A stretch of DNA of 64,000 nt from an uncultured Candidatus Saccharibacteria bacterium (GCA_964453135.1 CAYVOL010000001.1:88895-152894); one strand, 5' to 3'. Positions 45,781 through 57,061 are shown, numbered from the stretch's first letter. A program made the numbers and translations. Notes: generated by a model not told the origin, from the letters alone.

Positions 45781-46533
45781 ATGAAATTAATCATTCAAAA
45801 CATCGCAACAGAATATCATGATGAAGGGAAGGGGCAAACTTTATTGTTTCTGCACGGATGGCAGGACAACTCTAATGCTTTTGATTCTTTGATTCCTTTT
45901 CTAAATTCCCGCTTCAAAATAATCAGGGTTGATTTACCGGGATTCGGCAAAAGCGAAGCGCCTCCCGCGATTTGGGAGCTTAATGATTACATCATTTTTG
46001 TAAAAAATTTTATTTCCAAATTAAACCTTGATATTTACGCTTTGGTCGGCCATTCTTTCGGCGGGAGGATTATCATCAAGGGTGCGGCGGAAAAAATTTT
46101 AGATACGGAGAAAATTATTTTGATTTCTTCCGCCGGCATTTCCCAAAACAGCATTCTCCGCAATTTACTGTTTAAAATCTTGGCCAAAGCCGGCGCCTTA
46201 ATCACTTTTATCCCTCCCTTGATTTTTTGGAGGAAAAAATTTCGCGAAACTATGTACCGCGCATTAGGCAGTGATTATTTAGAGGCCGGCGACTTGAAAG
46301 AAACTTATCTAAAAATTATCAAAGAGGATTTGAGTTCCAGCGCCCAAAAAATAACAACGCCCGCGCTTTTAATCTGGGGCGCGGATGACAGAACAACGTC
46401 GCTGAAAGACGGAAAACGTTTGTCGCAGTTAATCCCGAACGCGAAACTGGAAATAATTGACCAAGCCGGACATTTTGTCTGCAAAGAAAAACCGCAAGAG
46501 GTCGCGGAGTTAATTTCTGAATTTCTATCATGA
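45781..46533 (+). CDS. Alpha/beta hydrolase
   Basis: LHGW, DLPGFG, GHSFGG, WGADD, AGHF. Confidence 0.92.
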   Translation: MKLIIQNIATEYHDEGKGQTLLFLHGWQDNSNAFDSLIPFLNSRFKIIRVDLPGFGKSEAPPAIWELNDYIIFVKNFISKLNLDIYALVGHSFGGRIIIKGAAEKILDTEKIILISSAGISQNSILRNLLFKILAKAGALITFIPPLIFWRKKFRETMYRALGSDYLEAGDLKETYLKIIKEDLSSSAQKITTPALLIWGADDRTTSLKDGKRLSQLIPNAKLEIIDQAGHFVCKEKPQEVAELISEFLS

Positions 46534-47954
46534 AAACATGGCTCTCCCGCTATCACCCGCGCTATCCGCGCTCGCTTATCTATATGCTTCAGGCAACCGA
46601 ATACGACATCGCCGATTATTTGCGCTGGTACAAAAGAGTAAAAGATTTTAGATACGTTGAACAAAGGGGCCAACTGAAAAAAACTTCCAAGGCTCTCGCG
46701 CTTTGGGCCGCCGCATGGATGATGCTTCTTGTTTTTTATGCGGTTGCTTTGGAATTTTTGTTGTCTGGCAACGGCGCTGTTAAATATCTGTTTCTTTTTA
46801 TTCTATTGCTCGCGCCGTATTTTCTGGCTTACGCCTTAATTATTCCGCTTTTTGTCATTAGAATTTTTCAATGGCCGATTGAATATTTAATCATAAAAAA
46901 AGCGGCGCGGCGGCTCCATAAAATTAAAGCCGTAAAAATCGCCATAGCGGGAAGTTTTGGCAAAACAAGCATGCGCGAAATTATTAAAGTTGTCTTATCG
47001 GAAAAGAAAAAGGTTGCCGCTCCCCCTCACAGCTACAATACGCCGCTAGGCATAAGCAAATTTGTCCAAGAATTAAAAGGCGACGAGGAGGTTTTAATTT
47101 TTGAATTAGGAGAATATTACCCGGGCGATGTCAGAAGATTATGCGAGATTGTTAATCCCGACATCGGTATTATCACCGGCGTCAACGAAGCGCATTTATC
47201 AAAATTTAAAAGTTTGGAGAAAACCGCTCAAACGATTTTTGAACTGGCACGGTATTCCAAAGCCAAACCGATTTACGTAAATGGAGAAAACGAACTCGGC
47301 CGGAAAAACGCCTTGCCTGAGCATATTTTATACAGCCGGAAAGACGCGGGGAAATGGAAAGTAGAAAATCCGCAAACTGATTTGGAAGGAACTTCATTTG
47401 TTCTCAAAAAAGAGGATTTAGAATTAGCGGTCCAATCAAAACTTTTAGGCCTGCATCAGGTTGGGCCGTTAGCTGTTAGCGCTGACATTGCTTTGACTCT
47501 TGGACTTTCGCCTCAAGAAATCAAAAGCGGCATTGCCAAAACCAAAGCCTTTGACCATCGCTTGGAGCCGAAAATAGACAGCGGCGGAGTGATTACTCTG
47601 GACGACAGCTACAACGGCAATCCGGACGGCGTCAAAGCGGTGATTGAATTTTTGGGGTCGCTGAAAAATCACCGCAGATTTTACGTAACCCCGGGCTTGG
47701 TGGAGATGGGCGCGCGGACAGAAGAAATTCACAAAGAAATCGGCAAAGAACTGGCTCAAGCCGGCATTGAAAAAATTGTTTTAATCAAAAATTCCGTCAC
47801 GCCTTCCATCGCCGATGGACTGCGAGAAGCAAACTACGGAGGAGAAATTTTATGGTTTGACGACGCGCTCTCCGCTTTCGCCGCCCTGCCGCATCTTACA
47901 ATAAAAGACGACGTGGTTCTTCTCCAAAACGACTGGCCGGATCAATATCAATAG
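46530..47954 (+). CDS. murF: MurF-like Mur ligase with N-terminal TM helices
   Basis: AGSFGKTS, SYNTPLG, DDSYNGNP, GLVEMG. Confidence 0.82.
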   Translation: MKTWLSRYHPRYPRSLIYMLQATEYDIADYLRWYKRVKDFRYVEQRGQLKKTSKALALWAAAWMMLLVFYAVALEFLLSGNGAVKYLFLFILLLAPYFLAYALIIPLFVIRIFQWPIEYLIIKKAARRLHKIKAVKIAIAGSFGKTSMREIIKVVLSEKKKVAAPPHSYNTPLGISKFVQELKGDEEVLIFELGEYYPGDVRRLCEIVNPDIGIITGVNEAHLSKFKSLEKTAQTIFELARYSKAKPIYVNGENELGRKNALPEHILYSRKDAGKWKVENPQTDLEGTSFVLKKEDLELAVQSKLLGLHQVGPLAVSADIALTLGLSPQEIKSGIAKTKAFDHRLEPKIDSGGVITLDDSYNGNPDGVKAVIEFLGSLKNHRRFYVTPGLVEMGARTEEIHKEIGKELAQAGIEKIVLIKNSVTPSIADGLREANYGGEILWFDDALSAFAALPHLTIKDDVVLLQNDWPDQYQ

Positions 47955-48040
47955 GCTTGACTTAAACTCTCGTTTATAGTATTTCATAATCAGCACTGAC
48001 ACAACGTTTACAGCAACTTCTCACATAAGGAGGAAATGAA

Positions 48041-48343
48041 ATGAAATTCCAACTGACGGGGAAAATTATCTGGTCTGTAGGATCCTGCCATGAGGACAGG
48101 AGAATGACAATCCGGGAGGAATTTGAAGCGCCAAATATAAAGATGGCCATTGAGAAGGCCAAGAACATTGTTCAAACACATCACGAGAAATTTTGTCATT
48201 CAACTGACTATGGGCTTACCGCTGAGCTTCGCACAATCTCTCCCGTATGGATAACATTTTTCTGCGGCGACCAGCCCGCTATTCCCGCGCAGCCAGCGCG
48301 CTCCGCTATAGCGGCGCACTTCCAAGAAGAACGGCTGGCATAG
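48041..48343 (+). CDS. Hypothetical protein inserted between murF and ddl
   Basis: Own TTGACT promoter, SD AAGGAGG, downstream GCCGGG/CCCGGC hairpin. Confidence 0.7.
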   Translation: MKFQLTGKIIWSVGSCHEDRRMTIREEFEAPNIKMAIEKAKNIVQTHHEKFCHSTDYGLTAELRTISPVWITFFCGDQPAIPAQPARSAIAAHFQEERLA

Positions 48344-48452
48344 AAAGGGGGCAAAATAATAAATGATATACAGCCGGGCAGGTTAATTCCTCGACCCGGC
48401 TCTTGTTTTTTATATTGTAGTTATCCGACAAGTATTTTAGAATAAAATCAAT

Positions 48453-49601
48453 ATGAAAAAGACCATCGCGGTTATTTTCGGCGGCAGGAGCGTGGAACAC
48501 GACATTTCCATCATCACCGCGCATATTCCAATCATTCAATCGCTTTTAGCCGGCGGGCAATTTGACGTCTGGCCAGTTTACATTGCCAAAAATGATTCAT
48601 GGTACTGCGACAAGGCAATGAACGATTTGGAATTTTTCAAACAAAACGATTTTGCGGAAAAACTAAAAAAGCAAAAAAAAATCCTGATTCTGTTTGATGA
48701 CGGACTAAAAATTATCTGGCCGGGACTTGTGCCGAAAACATTAAAAATAGATGCTGTCTTTCCGGCCATGCACGGCACTTTCGGAGAAGACGGCAGTTTG
48801 ATGGGATTATTGAGGATGGCGAACGCGCCTTTTGTTGGATGCGACTTATCCGCTTCCGCGGTGGCGATGGATAAAGTTTTAACCAAACAAGTGTTGGAAG
48901 CGGAAAAAATTCCGGTCGTGCCTTATGTTTGGCTTGCCAAAACCGATTGGGAAAATAATAAAGAAGAGCTGAAAGAAAAAATAGGGAAATTAACTTGGCC
49001 GCTGTTTGTAAAACCGGCGCATCTTGGCTCCAGCATTGCCATTGCCAAAGTAAAAAACGAGCAAGAGCTGGAAAACGCGGTGGAAGTCGCCTTTCATTAT
49101 GACGACAAAGTCCTCGCGGAGGAAAGCGTGGAAAATTTGATTGAAATAACGCTTCCCATTATGGGAAACGACGAACTGCGCTTCGGCGGGCTGGAAAGGC
49201 CGCTCAATAAAACAGAATTTTTTAATTTTGACGACAAATATTTATCAGGAAAGAAAAAAACCGGCGGAGTGAATTCGCAGTACAGCGAAATTCCGGCAAA
49301 AATCGGCGAGGAGTTGGCGCAACAGGCAAAAGATTTGGGCGAAAAAGTTTACCGCGTTTTAGGATGTTCGGGCATAGCGCGCGTTGATTTTTTAATTGAC
49401 AGATCCATTGACAACGGCTCGGGGAAAATTTACGTCAACGAAGTTAATACTTTGCCGGGAAGTTTGTATCACCACAACTGGCGGAAAATGGGGGTTTCCA
49501 ATGTAGAGCTGGTGAACAAATTAGTCGCATTAGCGGAAGAACGTTTTGCGGAGAAAAAAAAGATAACCTATAGCTTTAAGTCAAAGCTGCTGGGATTATA
49601 A
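48453..49601 (+). CDS. ddl: D-alanine--D-alanine ligase
   Basis: FGGRSVEHDIS, HGTFGEDG, KPAHLGSS, ARVDF, NEVNTLPG. Confidence 0.93.
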   Translation: MKKTIAVIFGGRSVEHDISIITAHIPIIQSLLAGGQFDVWPVYIAKNDSWYCDKAMNDLEFFKQNDFAEKLKKQKKILILFDDGLKIIWPGLVPKTLKIDAVFPAMHGTFGEDGSLMGLLRMANAPFVGCDLSASAVAMDKVLTKQVLEAEKIPVVPYVWLAKTDWENNKEELKEKIGKLTWPLFVKPAHLGSSIAIAKVKNEQELENAVEVAFHYDDKVLAEESVENLIEITLPIMGNDELRFGGLERPLNKTEFFNFDDKYLSGKKKTGGVNSQYSEIPAKIGEELAQQAKDLGEKVYRVLGCSGIARVDFLIDRSIDNGSGKIYVNEVNTLPGSLYHHNWRKMGVSNVELVNKLVALAEERFAEKKKITYSFKSKLLGL

Positions 49602-49724
49602 TTTACCTCGCCGTCTGCCATTGCGGGCACCCATTAGCGGCGCGCGGCAATCTGACGAAATCTGACTCGGCGCGAGCCATCGCCAAAATTTGACGAACGG
49701 GCTAAATTGCCTTAAATTTTTTCT

Positions 49725-51011
49725 ATGAACACCTTTGATAAAAAAATAATCCTCCTGATAGTTTTGGCGGCAATAAGCGGAGGAATTATCGGTTCTTTAG
49801 TCTCCGCTTCGCCAGCAAGCGCCAGCATCTGGGATGACTTACAGAACAGTCTTAATAACCTTTTCAATCCTTCTGCAAACCAGCCGAGTTCGCAATCCAA
49901 TTCCCCTGCTGCCAATTTGAAAACAGAAAAAGCAGCGCCCTATAGCCCCACTATTGATTACGAAGAGGCGGTAGTGGGAGCAGTGGAAAAATCATCGCCT
50001 TCCGTGGTTTCCATTATTATTTCCAAAAATGTTCCTGTTTTGGAACAATGCCCTTACAATCCTTTTTCTAATCTGCCGCCGGAGTTCCAGCAGTTTTTCG
50101 GCGGCGGGAGCGTTCAATTTTACCAGCCCTGTCAGAAAGGAACAAAAAAACAGGAAATCGGCGGCGGTTCAGGATTTATAATTTCCTCTGATGGAATGAT
50201 TTTAACCAATAAGCACGTGGTATTTGACAAAGACGCCGACTACACCGTTTTGACCAATGACGGGAAAAAATATCCGGCAAAAGTTCTGGCGCAAGACGCG
50301 GCGCTTGACTTGGCTATTGTGAAAATAAACGCCGGCGGATTACCCACTCTTACTTTGGGCAATTCTGATTCAGTGCGGCTGGGACAAACCGCCATTGCTA
50401 TTGGCAACGCCTTGGGAGAATTCCGCAACACGGTTTCCGCGGGCGTTATTTCCGGTCTTGCCCGCAACATTACCGCCAGCGGCGGAGGCGTGATGGAAAA
50501 AATAGAGGGCGTGCTTCAGACGGACGCGGCCATTAACGAAGGAAATTCCGGCGGGCCTCTGCTTAACCTCAAAGGAGAAGTTATCGGCATAAATGTAGCA
50601 ATGGTTTCCGGAGCGCAAAATATCGGCTTTGCCATTCCCATAAACCAAGCCAAGCGGGCCATTGAATCGGTGAAAAAAACCGGCAAAATAAGTTCCCCCT
50701 TTCTCGGAGTGCGCTACTTGGATATTTCCTCTGATCTGGCGGAAAAAGAAAAGCTGCCCATTGATTACGGCGCATTGGTAAGAGGCGGAGAAGACGGCCC
50801 GGCAGTGGTGAGAGATTCGCCGGCTTATTCCGCGGGAATAAAAGCGGAAGATATTATTCTGGAAGTGAACGGCGGAAAAATAGACCAAAGCCGTTCATTA
50901 AGTTTCTATCTCCAAAAGTACAACTCCGGCGATTCCGTTGTTTTAAAAATTTTGCGTGACGGGAAAAAAATGGAACTTAAAGTAAAATTGGGAGAAAGGC
51001 CGCAGCAGTAA
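49725..51011 (+). CDS. htrA: HtrA/DegP serine protease with PDZ domain
   Basis: GSGFII, TNKHV, DLAIVK, TDAAINEGNSGGPL, PDZ domain; TTGACG-17-TAAATT-6-ATG. Confidence 0.93.
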   Translation: MNTFDKKIILLIVLAAISGGIIGSLVSASPASASIWDDLQNSLNNLFNPSANQPSSQSNSPAANLKTEKAAPYSPTIDYEEAVVGAVEKSSPSVVSIIISKNVPVLEQCPYNPFSNLPPEFQQFFGGGSVQFYQPCQKGTKKQEIGGGSGFIISSDGMILTNKHVVFDKDADYTVLTNDGKKYPAKVLAQDAALDLAIVKINAGGLPTLTLGNSDSVRLGQTAIAIGNALGEFRNTVSAGVISGLARNITASGGGVMEKIEGVLQTDAAINEGNSGGPLLNLKGEVIGINVAMVSGAQNIGFAIPINQAKRAIESVKKTGKISSPFLGVRYLDISSDLAEKEKLPIDYGALVRGGEDGPAVVRDSPAYSAGIKAEDIILEVNGGKIDQSRSLSFYLQKYNSGDSVVLKILRDGKKMELKVKLGERPQQ

Positions 51012-51104
51012 AATAAATCGTATATCTTGTAACTTGTAGCGCGTGACGCGAGAAATATTTATCGCGCCACACGATACACGTTGCGCCACACGTTTTACGA
51101 ACCT

Positions 51105-53777
51105 ATGAACAACTTCAATAAATTCACAATCAAAGCGCAGGAGGCCCTGCATAACGCGCAGGAACTGGCGGCGCGGGAAAATCACGGCGAGCTTAAAACA
51201 CTTCATCTTTTGTTTACCCTGTTAGGCGACAGCGCTACTCTCGTTAAACCGGTAATAGCCAAAGCCGGCATAGCGGCGGAAGCATTAAAGGAAGCGGTCT
51301 TGGAAGAATTGAAAAAAGAACCGAAGCTTCTTTCCGGCTCCATGCCCCAGCTTTATCTTTCCCAGGAACTGATGATGACTTTGGATCGCTCCGCTCACAT
51401 CGCCCAACAGCAGAAAGACGAATTTATTTCCTGCGAACACATGCTCTTGGCAATGCTGGAACTGGAAAATTCGCGAGCCGGACAACTCTTGAAACAATTT
51501 GGATTGCAAAGAGAAGCGGCGGTGAGAATTTTAGCGCAGCTGCGAGGCTCAACGCGCATCACCGACGAATCGCCGGAAACCAAATTCCAGGTTTTAGAAA
51601 AATACGCCATTAACTTAACGGAACAAGCGCGGCAAGGAAAATTGGACCCGGTCATCGGCCGCGAAGAAGAACTGCGCCGCTTGATGCAAGTTTTAAGCCG
51701 GCGCACGAAAAATAATCCGGTTCTTATCGGCGAGCCGGGCGTGGGCAAAACAGCAGTAGTGGAAGGACTGGCTCAGAAAATTATTTCCGGAGACGTGCCG
51801 GAAACATTAAAAGGAAAAGAGATCGTGATGCTTGATTTAGGTTCGCTCATCGCCGGCGCGAGATTCCGTGGAGAATTTGAGGACCGCTTAAAAGCGTTCA
51901 TTAAAGAAATTCAAAATTCGCAAGGCAAAATCATTCTTTTCATTGACGAAATTCATATGATCGTGGGGGCGGGAGCGGCTGAGGGAGCGGTGGACGCTTC
52001 CAATATGTTGAAGCCCCCATTGGCTCGCGGCGAGCTTCGGGCCATTGGCGCCACCACCATCGCGGAATACCAGAGATACATTGAAAAAGATATGGCTCTG
52101 GAAAGAAGATTCCAGCCGATCATGGTGGAAGAGCCGAATTTAGAAGACAGCGTCGCTATTTTAAGAGGACTGAAAGAAAAATACGAAATTCATCACGGAG
52201 TTCACATCGGAGACGAAGCGATTGTGGCGGCGGTTAATTTGTCCGCCCGGTATTTAACCAGCCGTTTTTTACCGGACAAAGCTATTGACTTGGTGGACGA
52301 AGCGGCCGCGGCGCGCCATTTAGAATCGGAAAGTCTGCCCAAAGAAATAGATAAAATCCGCCAGGAAATTATCCGCAAGGAAATAGAAAAGTCCGCTTTA
52401 GCGAACGAGAAAGCAGATAAGGTTAAAAGCCGCCTTAAAACTTTGGAAAAAGAAATCACCCAGCTGAAAGAAAAAAACGACGAGTTAAGTTCGCGCTGGC
52501 ACGCGGAAAAACTCACTTTTGAAGATTATCATAATTTGAAAAAGAAAATTGAGGATTTGAAACGGCAGTCGGAACTAGCGGAAAGAGATGGCAACTTGGA
52601 AAAGGTGGCGCGGATTTTATACGGCGAGCTTCCGCAGGCGGAGAAAGATTTGAAAATTTTTGAAAAGAAATTTGTCGGAAGAAAAACCAAGACAATGGCG
52701 AAAAAAGAGAAGGGCGATAAAGAAACTTTCGTTCAGCCGCGCTTTATCAAAGAAGTGGTGGACGAAGAAGACATCGCCGAAGTGGTTTCCCGCTGGACCG
52801 GCATTCCGGTGTCTAAAATGCTGGAAAGCGAAGCGCAAAAATTAATCCACATTGAAGATGTTTTGAGCGGACGCGTCATCGGCCAGGAAGAAGCCATTAA
52901 AGCAGTGGGCTATGCTTTAAGGCGGGCGCGCACCGGACTAACTGACGAAAACCGGCCCATGGCTTCGTTTATGTTTTTAGGCCCCACGGGCGTGGGCAAA
53001 ACCGAATTAGCCAAGGCATTGGCGGAATTTATGTTCAACGACGAAAAATCCCTTATCCGCATTGATATGTCGGAATATATGGAGAAACATTCGGTGGCGC
53101 GCTTAATCGGCGCTCCCCCGGGATACGTGGGATACGAAGAAGGCGGCAAACTGACGGAAACAGTGCGGCATCGTCCGTATAGTTTGGTTTTGTTTGACGA
53201 AATTGAAAAGGCTCATCCGGAAGTTTTCAATATCCTGCTTCAAGTCTTGGACAACGGGCGCTTAACCGACGGCAAGGGTAAAACCGTCAATTTCAGAAAC
53301 TCCGTCATTATTCTAACTTCCAATGTGGGCAGCCATTATTTCCGGGAAATGTCCCGCATCGGCCTCGTAGGCTCGGAAAAATACGAGGAAACCACCGAGG
53401 ATTTCAAAGACAAAGTGAGGGAATCTCTGCGGGAAACTTTCCGTCCGGAATTTTTAAATCGCCTTGACGAAATTATTATTTTCAATCCACTTACCAAAAA
53501 AGAAATTGAAAAAATAGTGGACAGCCAGCTGGAAGAATTCAAGGAGAAATTAAAAGAGCGCCGTTTAAGCATCATGATTGACCCGTCGGTCAAAAATTAC
53601 ATCGTAGAAAACGGCTTTGATCCGGACTACGGCGCCCGTCCCATTAGAAGAATGATCCAAAAAACCATTCTCAATCCTCTGGCGGACAAAATCATCAAGG
53701 GCGAATTCAACAATGCTAAAAAAATTAAAATCTCTCTTAAGAATTCAGACGTTAACATTGTGGCCGTTAATTCTTAA
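51105..53777 (+). CDS. clpB: Chaperone ClpB
   Basis: Two AAA+ modules ([16 protein letters not shown]) with a long middle coiled coil. Confidence 0.95.
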   Translation: MNNFNKFTIKAQEALHNAQELAARENHGELKTLHLLFTLLGDSATLVKPVIAKAGIAAEALKEAVLEELKKEPKLLSGSMPQLYLSQELMMTLDRSAHIAQQQKDEFISCEHMLLAMLELENSRAGQLLKQFGLQREAAVRILAQLRGSTRITDESPETKFQVLEKYAINLTEQARQGKLDPVIGREEELRRLMQVLSRRTKNNPVLIGEPGVGKTAVVEGLAQKIISGDVPETLKGKEIVMLDLGSLIAGARFRGEFEDRLKAFIKEIQNSQGKIILFIDEIHMIVGAGAAEGAVDASNMLKPPLARGELRAIGATTIAEYQRYIEKDMALERRFQPIMVEEPNLEDSVAILRGLKEKYEIHHGVHIGDEAIVAAVNLSARYLTSRFLPDKAIDLVDEAAAARHLESESLPKEIDKIRQEIIRKEIEKSALANEKADKVKSRLKTLEKEITQLKEKNDELSSRWHAEKLTFEDYHNLKKKIEDLKRQSELAERDGNLEKVARILYGELPQAEKDLKIFEKKFVGRKTKTMAKKEKGDKETFVQPRFIKEVVDEEDIAEVVSRWTGIPVSKMLESEAQKLIHIEDVLSGRVIGQEEAIKAVGYALRRARTGLTDENRPMASFMFLGPTGVGKTELAKALAEFMFNDEKSLIRIDMSEYMEKHSVARLIGAPPGYVGYEEGGKLTETVRHRPYSLVLFDEIEKAHPEVFNILLQVLDNGRLTDGKGKTVNFRNSVIILTSNVGSHYFREMSRIGLVGSEKYEETTEDFKDKVRESLRETFRPEFLNRLDEIIIFNPLTKKEIEKIVDSQLEEFKEKLKERRLSIMIDPSVKNYIVENGFDPDYGARPIRRMIQKTILNPLADKIIKGEFNNAKKIKISLKNSDVNIVAVNS

Positions 53778-54519
53778 GAGTTTTTTGTGGGGGATTCTCT
53801 TGGGTTTGTTTTCCTGGCAGGGAGGAATTTTCTGGCTCTCGCTGTTTTTAGCAACCTCTTTTTATCTTTACTTCATTAAGCCGGTAGAGCGAGGCAAGTT
53901 TTTGTATTCTTTTTTAATTTTGGTTTTTTACGCTCCGATAGTGATTAAATTTTTGGGCGATTTTTACCCCCGCGTCATTCCGAACGCTCCGCAGGAAGGA
54001 GCGGGAATTTATTTATCGGCTATAGCCGTTGCCGGCTTTTCCCTGCTGTGGTTTTTTCTCTTGGGGAGCAAAGAACTTCTGTTTATCCGCCGAGGAGAAA
54101 TTTTTAATTTCATCAGCGGCTTGCTTTATTTTTTAATTGCCGCGGTTTACTTCGCGGCCGTCGCCAATCCGCCGTCTTCCGCTATTTTTCTTTTTTATTT
54201 TCTGGCGACAGCGCTGGCTTTTTATTTTCTTTCCCGGGAAATTTTCCGGTTCTATTTTCCCGATTTATCTCCCGCAAGAAACGTTCTCTTTGCTTCGGTT
54301 CTATCTTTTCTGATTTCAGAGATTCTGATACTGACGCCTTTTTTGCCCATCGGGTTTCTTAATTCAGCCATTTTAATTATTCTGGCGATTTTTATTCTGG
54401 AAGATTTAATTTTTTACCATTTGCGCGGCAAATTAGACTTCCGCATTATTGCCAATAATGTTATCATTTTAATTGCGGGGATTTTCTTCATATTTTTAAC
54501 TTTGAACCGCAGTTTGTAA
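53713..54519 (+). CDS. Polytopic membrane hypothetical protein
   Basis: About 8-9 hydrophobic helices; overlaps the clpB 3' end. Confidence 0.75.
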   Translation: MLKKLKSLLRIQTLTLWPLILKSFLWGILLGLFSWQGGIFWLSLFLATSFYLYFIKPVERGKFLYSFLILVFYAPIVIKFLGDFYPRVIPNAPQEGAGIYLSAIAVAGFSLLWFFLLGSKELLFIRRGEIFNFISGLLYFLIAAVYFAAVANPPSSAIFLFYFLATALAFYFLSREIFRFYFPDLSPARNVLFASVLSFLISEILILTPFLPIGFLNSAILIILAIFILEDLIFYHLRGKLDFRIIANNVIILIAGIFFIFLTLNRSL

Positions 54520-54567
54520 ATCATCGCGGAGCGCGCGATAACGCAAAACTTAAATTTATAACGCACC

Positions 54568-55956
54568 ATGCTGAAACTAACTTTTTACGGAGGAGTGGAA
54601 GGGGAAGTAACCGGCTCCAATTACGTTTTGGAATACCAATCTCCCGATTCTAAAAAAATCAGCCGCCTTATGATTGACTGCGGCTTGACCCAGGGAGGAA
54701 GCCAGACGGATAAGCGCAATTTTGAGCCGTTTCCTTATGATATTACTTCCATTGACGCGGTGCTTATCACCCACGCCCATATTGACCACATCGGCCGCCT
54801 TCCCAAATTAGCGAAAGACGGCTACAAAAAACCGATATACTCCACCGGCCCCACCAAAGACACGGCGGAACAGCTTTTAATTGACGCGGAACATCTCTTG
54901 CGAAAAGAAGCGGAAGAAAAAAACATAGCCCCTCTTTTCGGCCTTGATGACATCAACAACTGCCTAAAATTGTGGAGAAAGATCGGTTACCACGAAAAGT
55001 TTTCCATCAACGATTTCACGATAGAATTTTTTGACGCCGGCCATATTTTGGGCTCGGCTTTTATAAAAGTTTCCGCGCCGGAGCCGGAAAACAAAACGAT
55101 TGTTTTTTCCGGCGATCTGGGAAACACGCCTGTTCCTTTGGTGAAAGACACGGAAAAACTCCCTTCGACCGATTATCTGGTAATTGAGTCAACTTACGGC
55201 AACCGCGTTCACGAAAATCCGCTGGAACGGAAAAACAGACTGGAAGACATCATTGAAAACGCGGTGGAAGCCAACGGGACGCTTCTTATTCCCGCTTTCG
55301 CCATGGAAAGAACACAAGAAATTTTGTACGAATTAAACGATCTGGCGGAGCATAAACGGATTCCGCCTATTTCCATTTTCGTGGACAGCCCTTTAGCCAT
55401 TAAATTGACTGGCATTTACCAAAAATATTACCAGGACCCCGATTATATGGATGGCGAAACAATCGCTTTGGCGAAAAAAGGAAATGAAATTTTCAATTTC
55501 CCCCGCTTGAAATTTACCCTAACCACCGAGGCGTCAAAAGAAATAAACGGGGCGCCTCCGCCTAAAATCATCATTGCCGGCTCGGGAATGTCCCACGGCG
55601 GCCGCATCCTTCACCATGAGCTCCGCTATTTGCCTGACCAGAGAAATACGCTTTTGTTCATCGGCTATCAGTCAGCGGGAACTTTGGGAAGAAAAATTTT
55701 AGATGGCGCCCAGTCTGTCAGAATTTTTGGAGAGACAATTCCGGTGCGTTGCCGCATTGAAAGAATTTCCGGCTATTCCGCTCACGCAGACCAGCCCCTG
55801 CTTTTAAAATGGGTGGCGGGCGCCAAAGATTCCTTGAAAAACGTTTTTGTCGTACAGGGCGAGCGCGAGGAAGCCGCGTCTTTGGCGGGAAAAATCAGCG
55901 ACGAGTTTGCTGTTAAAACAACGCTCCCCCGCCAAAAAGAAAGTTTTGTGTTATAA
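54568..55956 (+). CDS. Metallo-beta-lactamase / beta-CASP ribonuclease
   Basis: THAHIDHIG, AGHILGSA, FSGDLG, ESTYG, SAHAD. Confidence 0.93.
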   Translation: MLKLTFYGGVEGEVTGSNYVLEYQSPDSKKISRLMIDCGLTQGGSQTDKRNFEPFPYDITSIDAVLITHAHIDHIGRLPKLAKDGYKKPIYSTGPTKDTAEQLLIDAEHLLRKEAEEKNIAPLFGLDDINNCLKLWRKIGYHEKFSINDFTIEFFDAGHILGSAFIKVSAPEPENKTIVFSGDLGNTPVPLVKDTEKLPSTDYLVIESTYGNRVHENPLERKNRLEDIIENAVEANGTLLIPAFAMERTQEILYELNDLAEHKRIPPISIFVDSPLAIKLTGIYQKYYQDPDYMDGETIALAKKGNEIFNFPRLKFTLTTEASKEINGAPPPKIIIAGSGMSHGGRILHHELRYLPDQRNTLLFIGYQSAGTLGRKILDGAQSVRIFGETIPVRCRIERISGYSAHADQPLLLKWVAGAKDSLKNVFVVQGEREEAASLAGKISDEFAVKTTLPRQKESFVL

Positions 55957-55993
55957 TTAAGTTTCAAGTTCTAGGTTTCAAGATTCAAGTAAT

Positions 55994-56998
55994 ATGTTAA
56001 ACAAAGACCTCCATCTTTCGCCGAAAATTTTTGAAAACAACATTGAGCAAAAACCTCTGCGCGACGGCTACGGCGAGGGTTTGATAACGGCCGGAGAAAA
56101 AAATTCCAATGTCGTTGTTTTATGCGCGGATTTAAAAGAATCCACCCGCTGCCACTGGTTTGCGGAAAAATTTCCGGAAAGATTTTTTGAGGTTGGCGTG
56201 GCGGAGCAAAATATGGCCACTATTGCCGCGGGATTGGGAGTTTCGGGAAAAATTCCCTTCATAGCCTCTTACGCGACATTTTCTCCGGGAAGAAACTGGG
56301 AACAAATCCGCACCACAGCCGCTTACAATAATTCCAATGTCAAAATCGCCGGACATCACGCCGGAATATCCACGGGCCCGGACGGCGCCACTCACCAGGC
56401 TATTGAAGACATTGCCATAATGCGGGCCATTCCCGATATAAAAGTAATAGTCCCCTGCGACGCAATAGAAGCGAGAAAAGCCACTATCGCGGCCGCGCAA
56501 ATCTGGGGACCGGTTTATTTAAGATTCGCCCGAGAAAAAACTCCGCTCATTACAACCGAAGAAACGCCTTTTACTCCGGGCAAGGCGGAAATTTTCTGGG
56601 AGTCAACAAATGGACGAAAAGCCCAAGTGGCTATTATCGCCGCTGGCCCAATTTTATACCAGACCCTATTGGCCGCCAAAGAATTGGAAAAAGAAAAAAT
56701 CGGCGCTGTTGTTATAAACTGCCACACCATAAAACCACTGGACGTTCAAAAAATAATCGAGGTAGCAAAAAAGTGCGGCGCTGTTGTGACAGCGGAAGAG
56801 CATAATGTCATCGGCGGATTGGGCGGCGCGGTGGCGGAAACGTTGGCAAAAAATTATCCCGTGCCCATGGAATTTATCGGGATGCAAGATTGCTTCGGCG
56901 AAAGCGGCCAGCCCGAAGAATTGGCAAAAAAATACGAGCTAACCAGCAATGATATTGTTAAAGCGGCGCAAAGAGCGATAAGAAGAAAAAAATTGTAG
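55994..56998 (+). CDS. Transketolase C-terminal subunit
   Basis: GVAEQNM, GPDGATHQ, YLRFAR, EEH...GGLG. Confidence 0.93.
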   Translation: MLNKDLHLSPKIFENNIEQKPLRDGYGEGLITAGEKNSNVVVLCADLKESTRCHWFAEKFPERFFEVGVAEQNMATIAAGLGVSGKIPFIASYATFSPGRNWEQIRTTAAYNNSNVKIAGHHAGISTGPDGATHQAIEDIAIMRAIPDIKVIVPCDAIEARKATIAAAQIWGPVYLRFAREKTPLITTEETPFTPGKAEIFWESTNGRKAQVAIIAAGPILYQTLLAAKELEKEKIGAVVINCHTIKPLDVQKIIEVAKKCGAVVTAEEHNVIGGLGGAVAETLAKNYPVPMEFIGMQDCFGESGQPEELAKKYELTSNDIVKAAQRAIRRKKL

Positions 56999-57024
56999 AA
57001 CTTTTCTATTGTTGGCCTTATTGG

Positions 57025-57061
57025 CCAACGCATAAATTCGCTTGGCGAATTTATGCGTTGG
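57025..57061. repeat. Perfect 17-bp hairpin with TTCGC-TTG-GCGAA apex
   Basis: CCAACGCATAAATTCGC-TTG-GCGAATTTATGCGTTGG. Confidence 0.85.

Noticed and set aside
44399-49601. Vancomycin-resistance (van) cluster
   Set aside because: Ddl keeps the omega-loop KY typical of D-Ala-D-Ala ligases, and vanH, vanX and vanRS are absent
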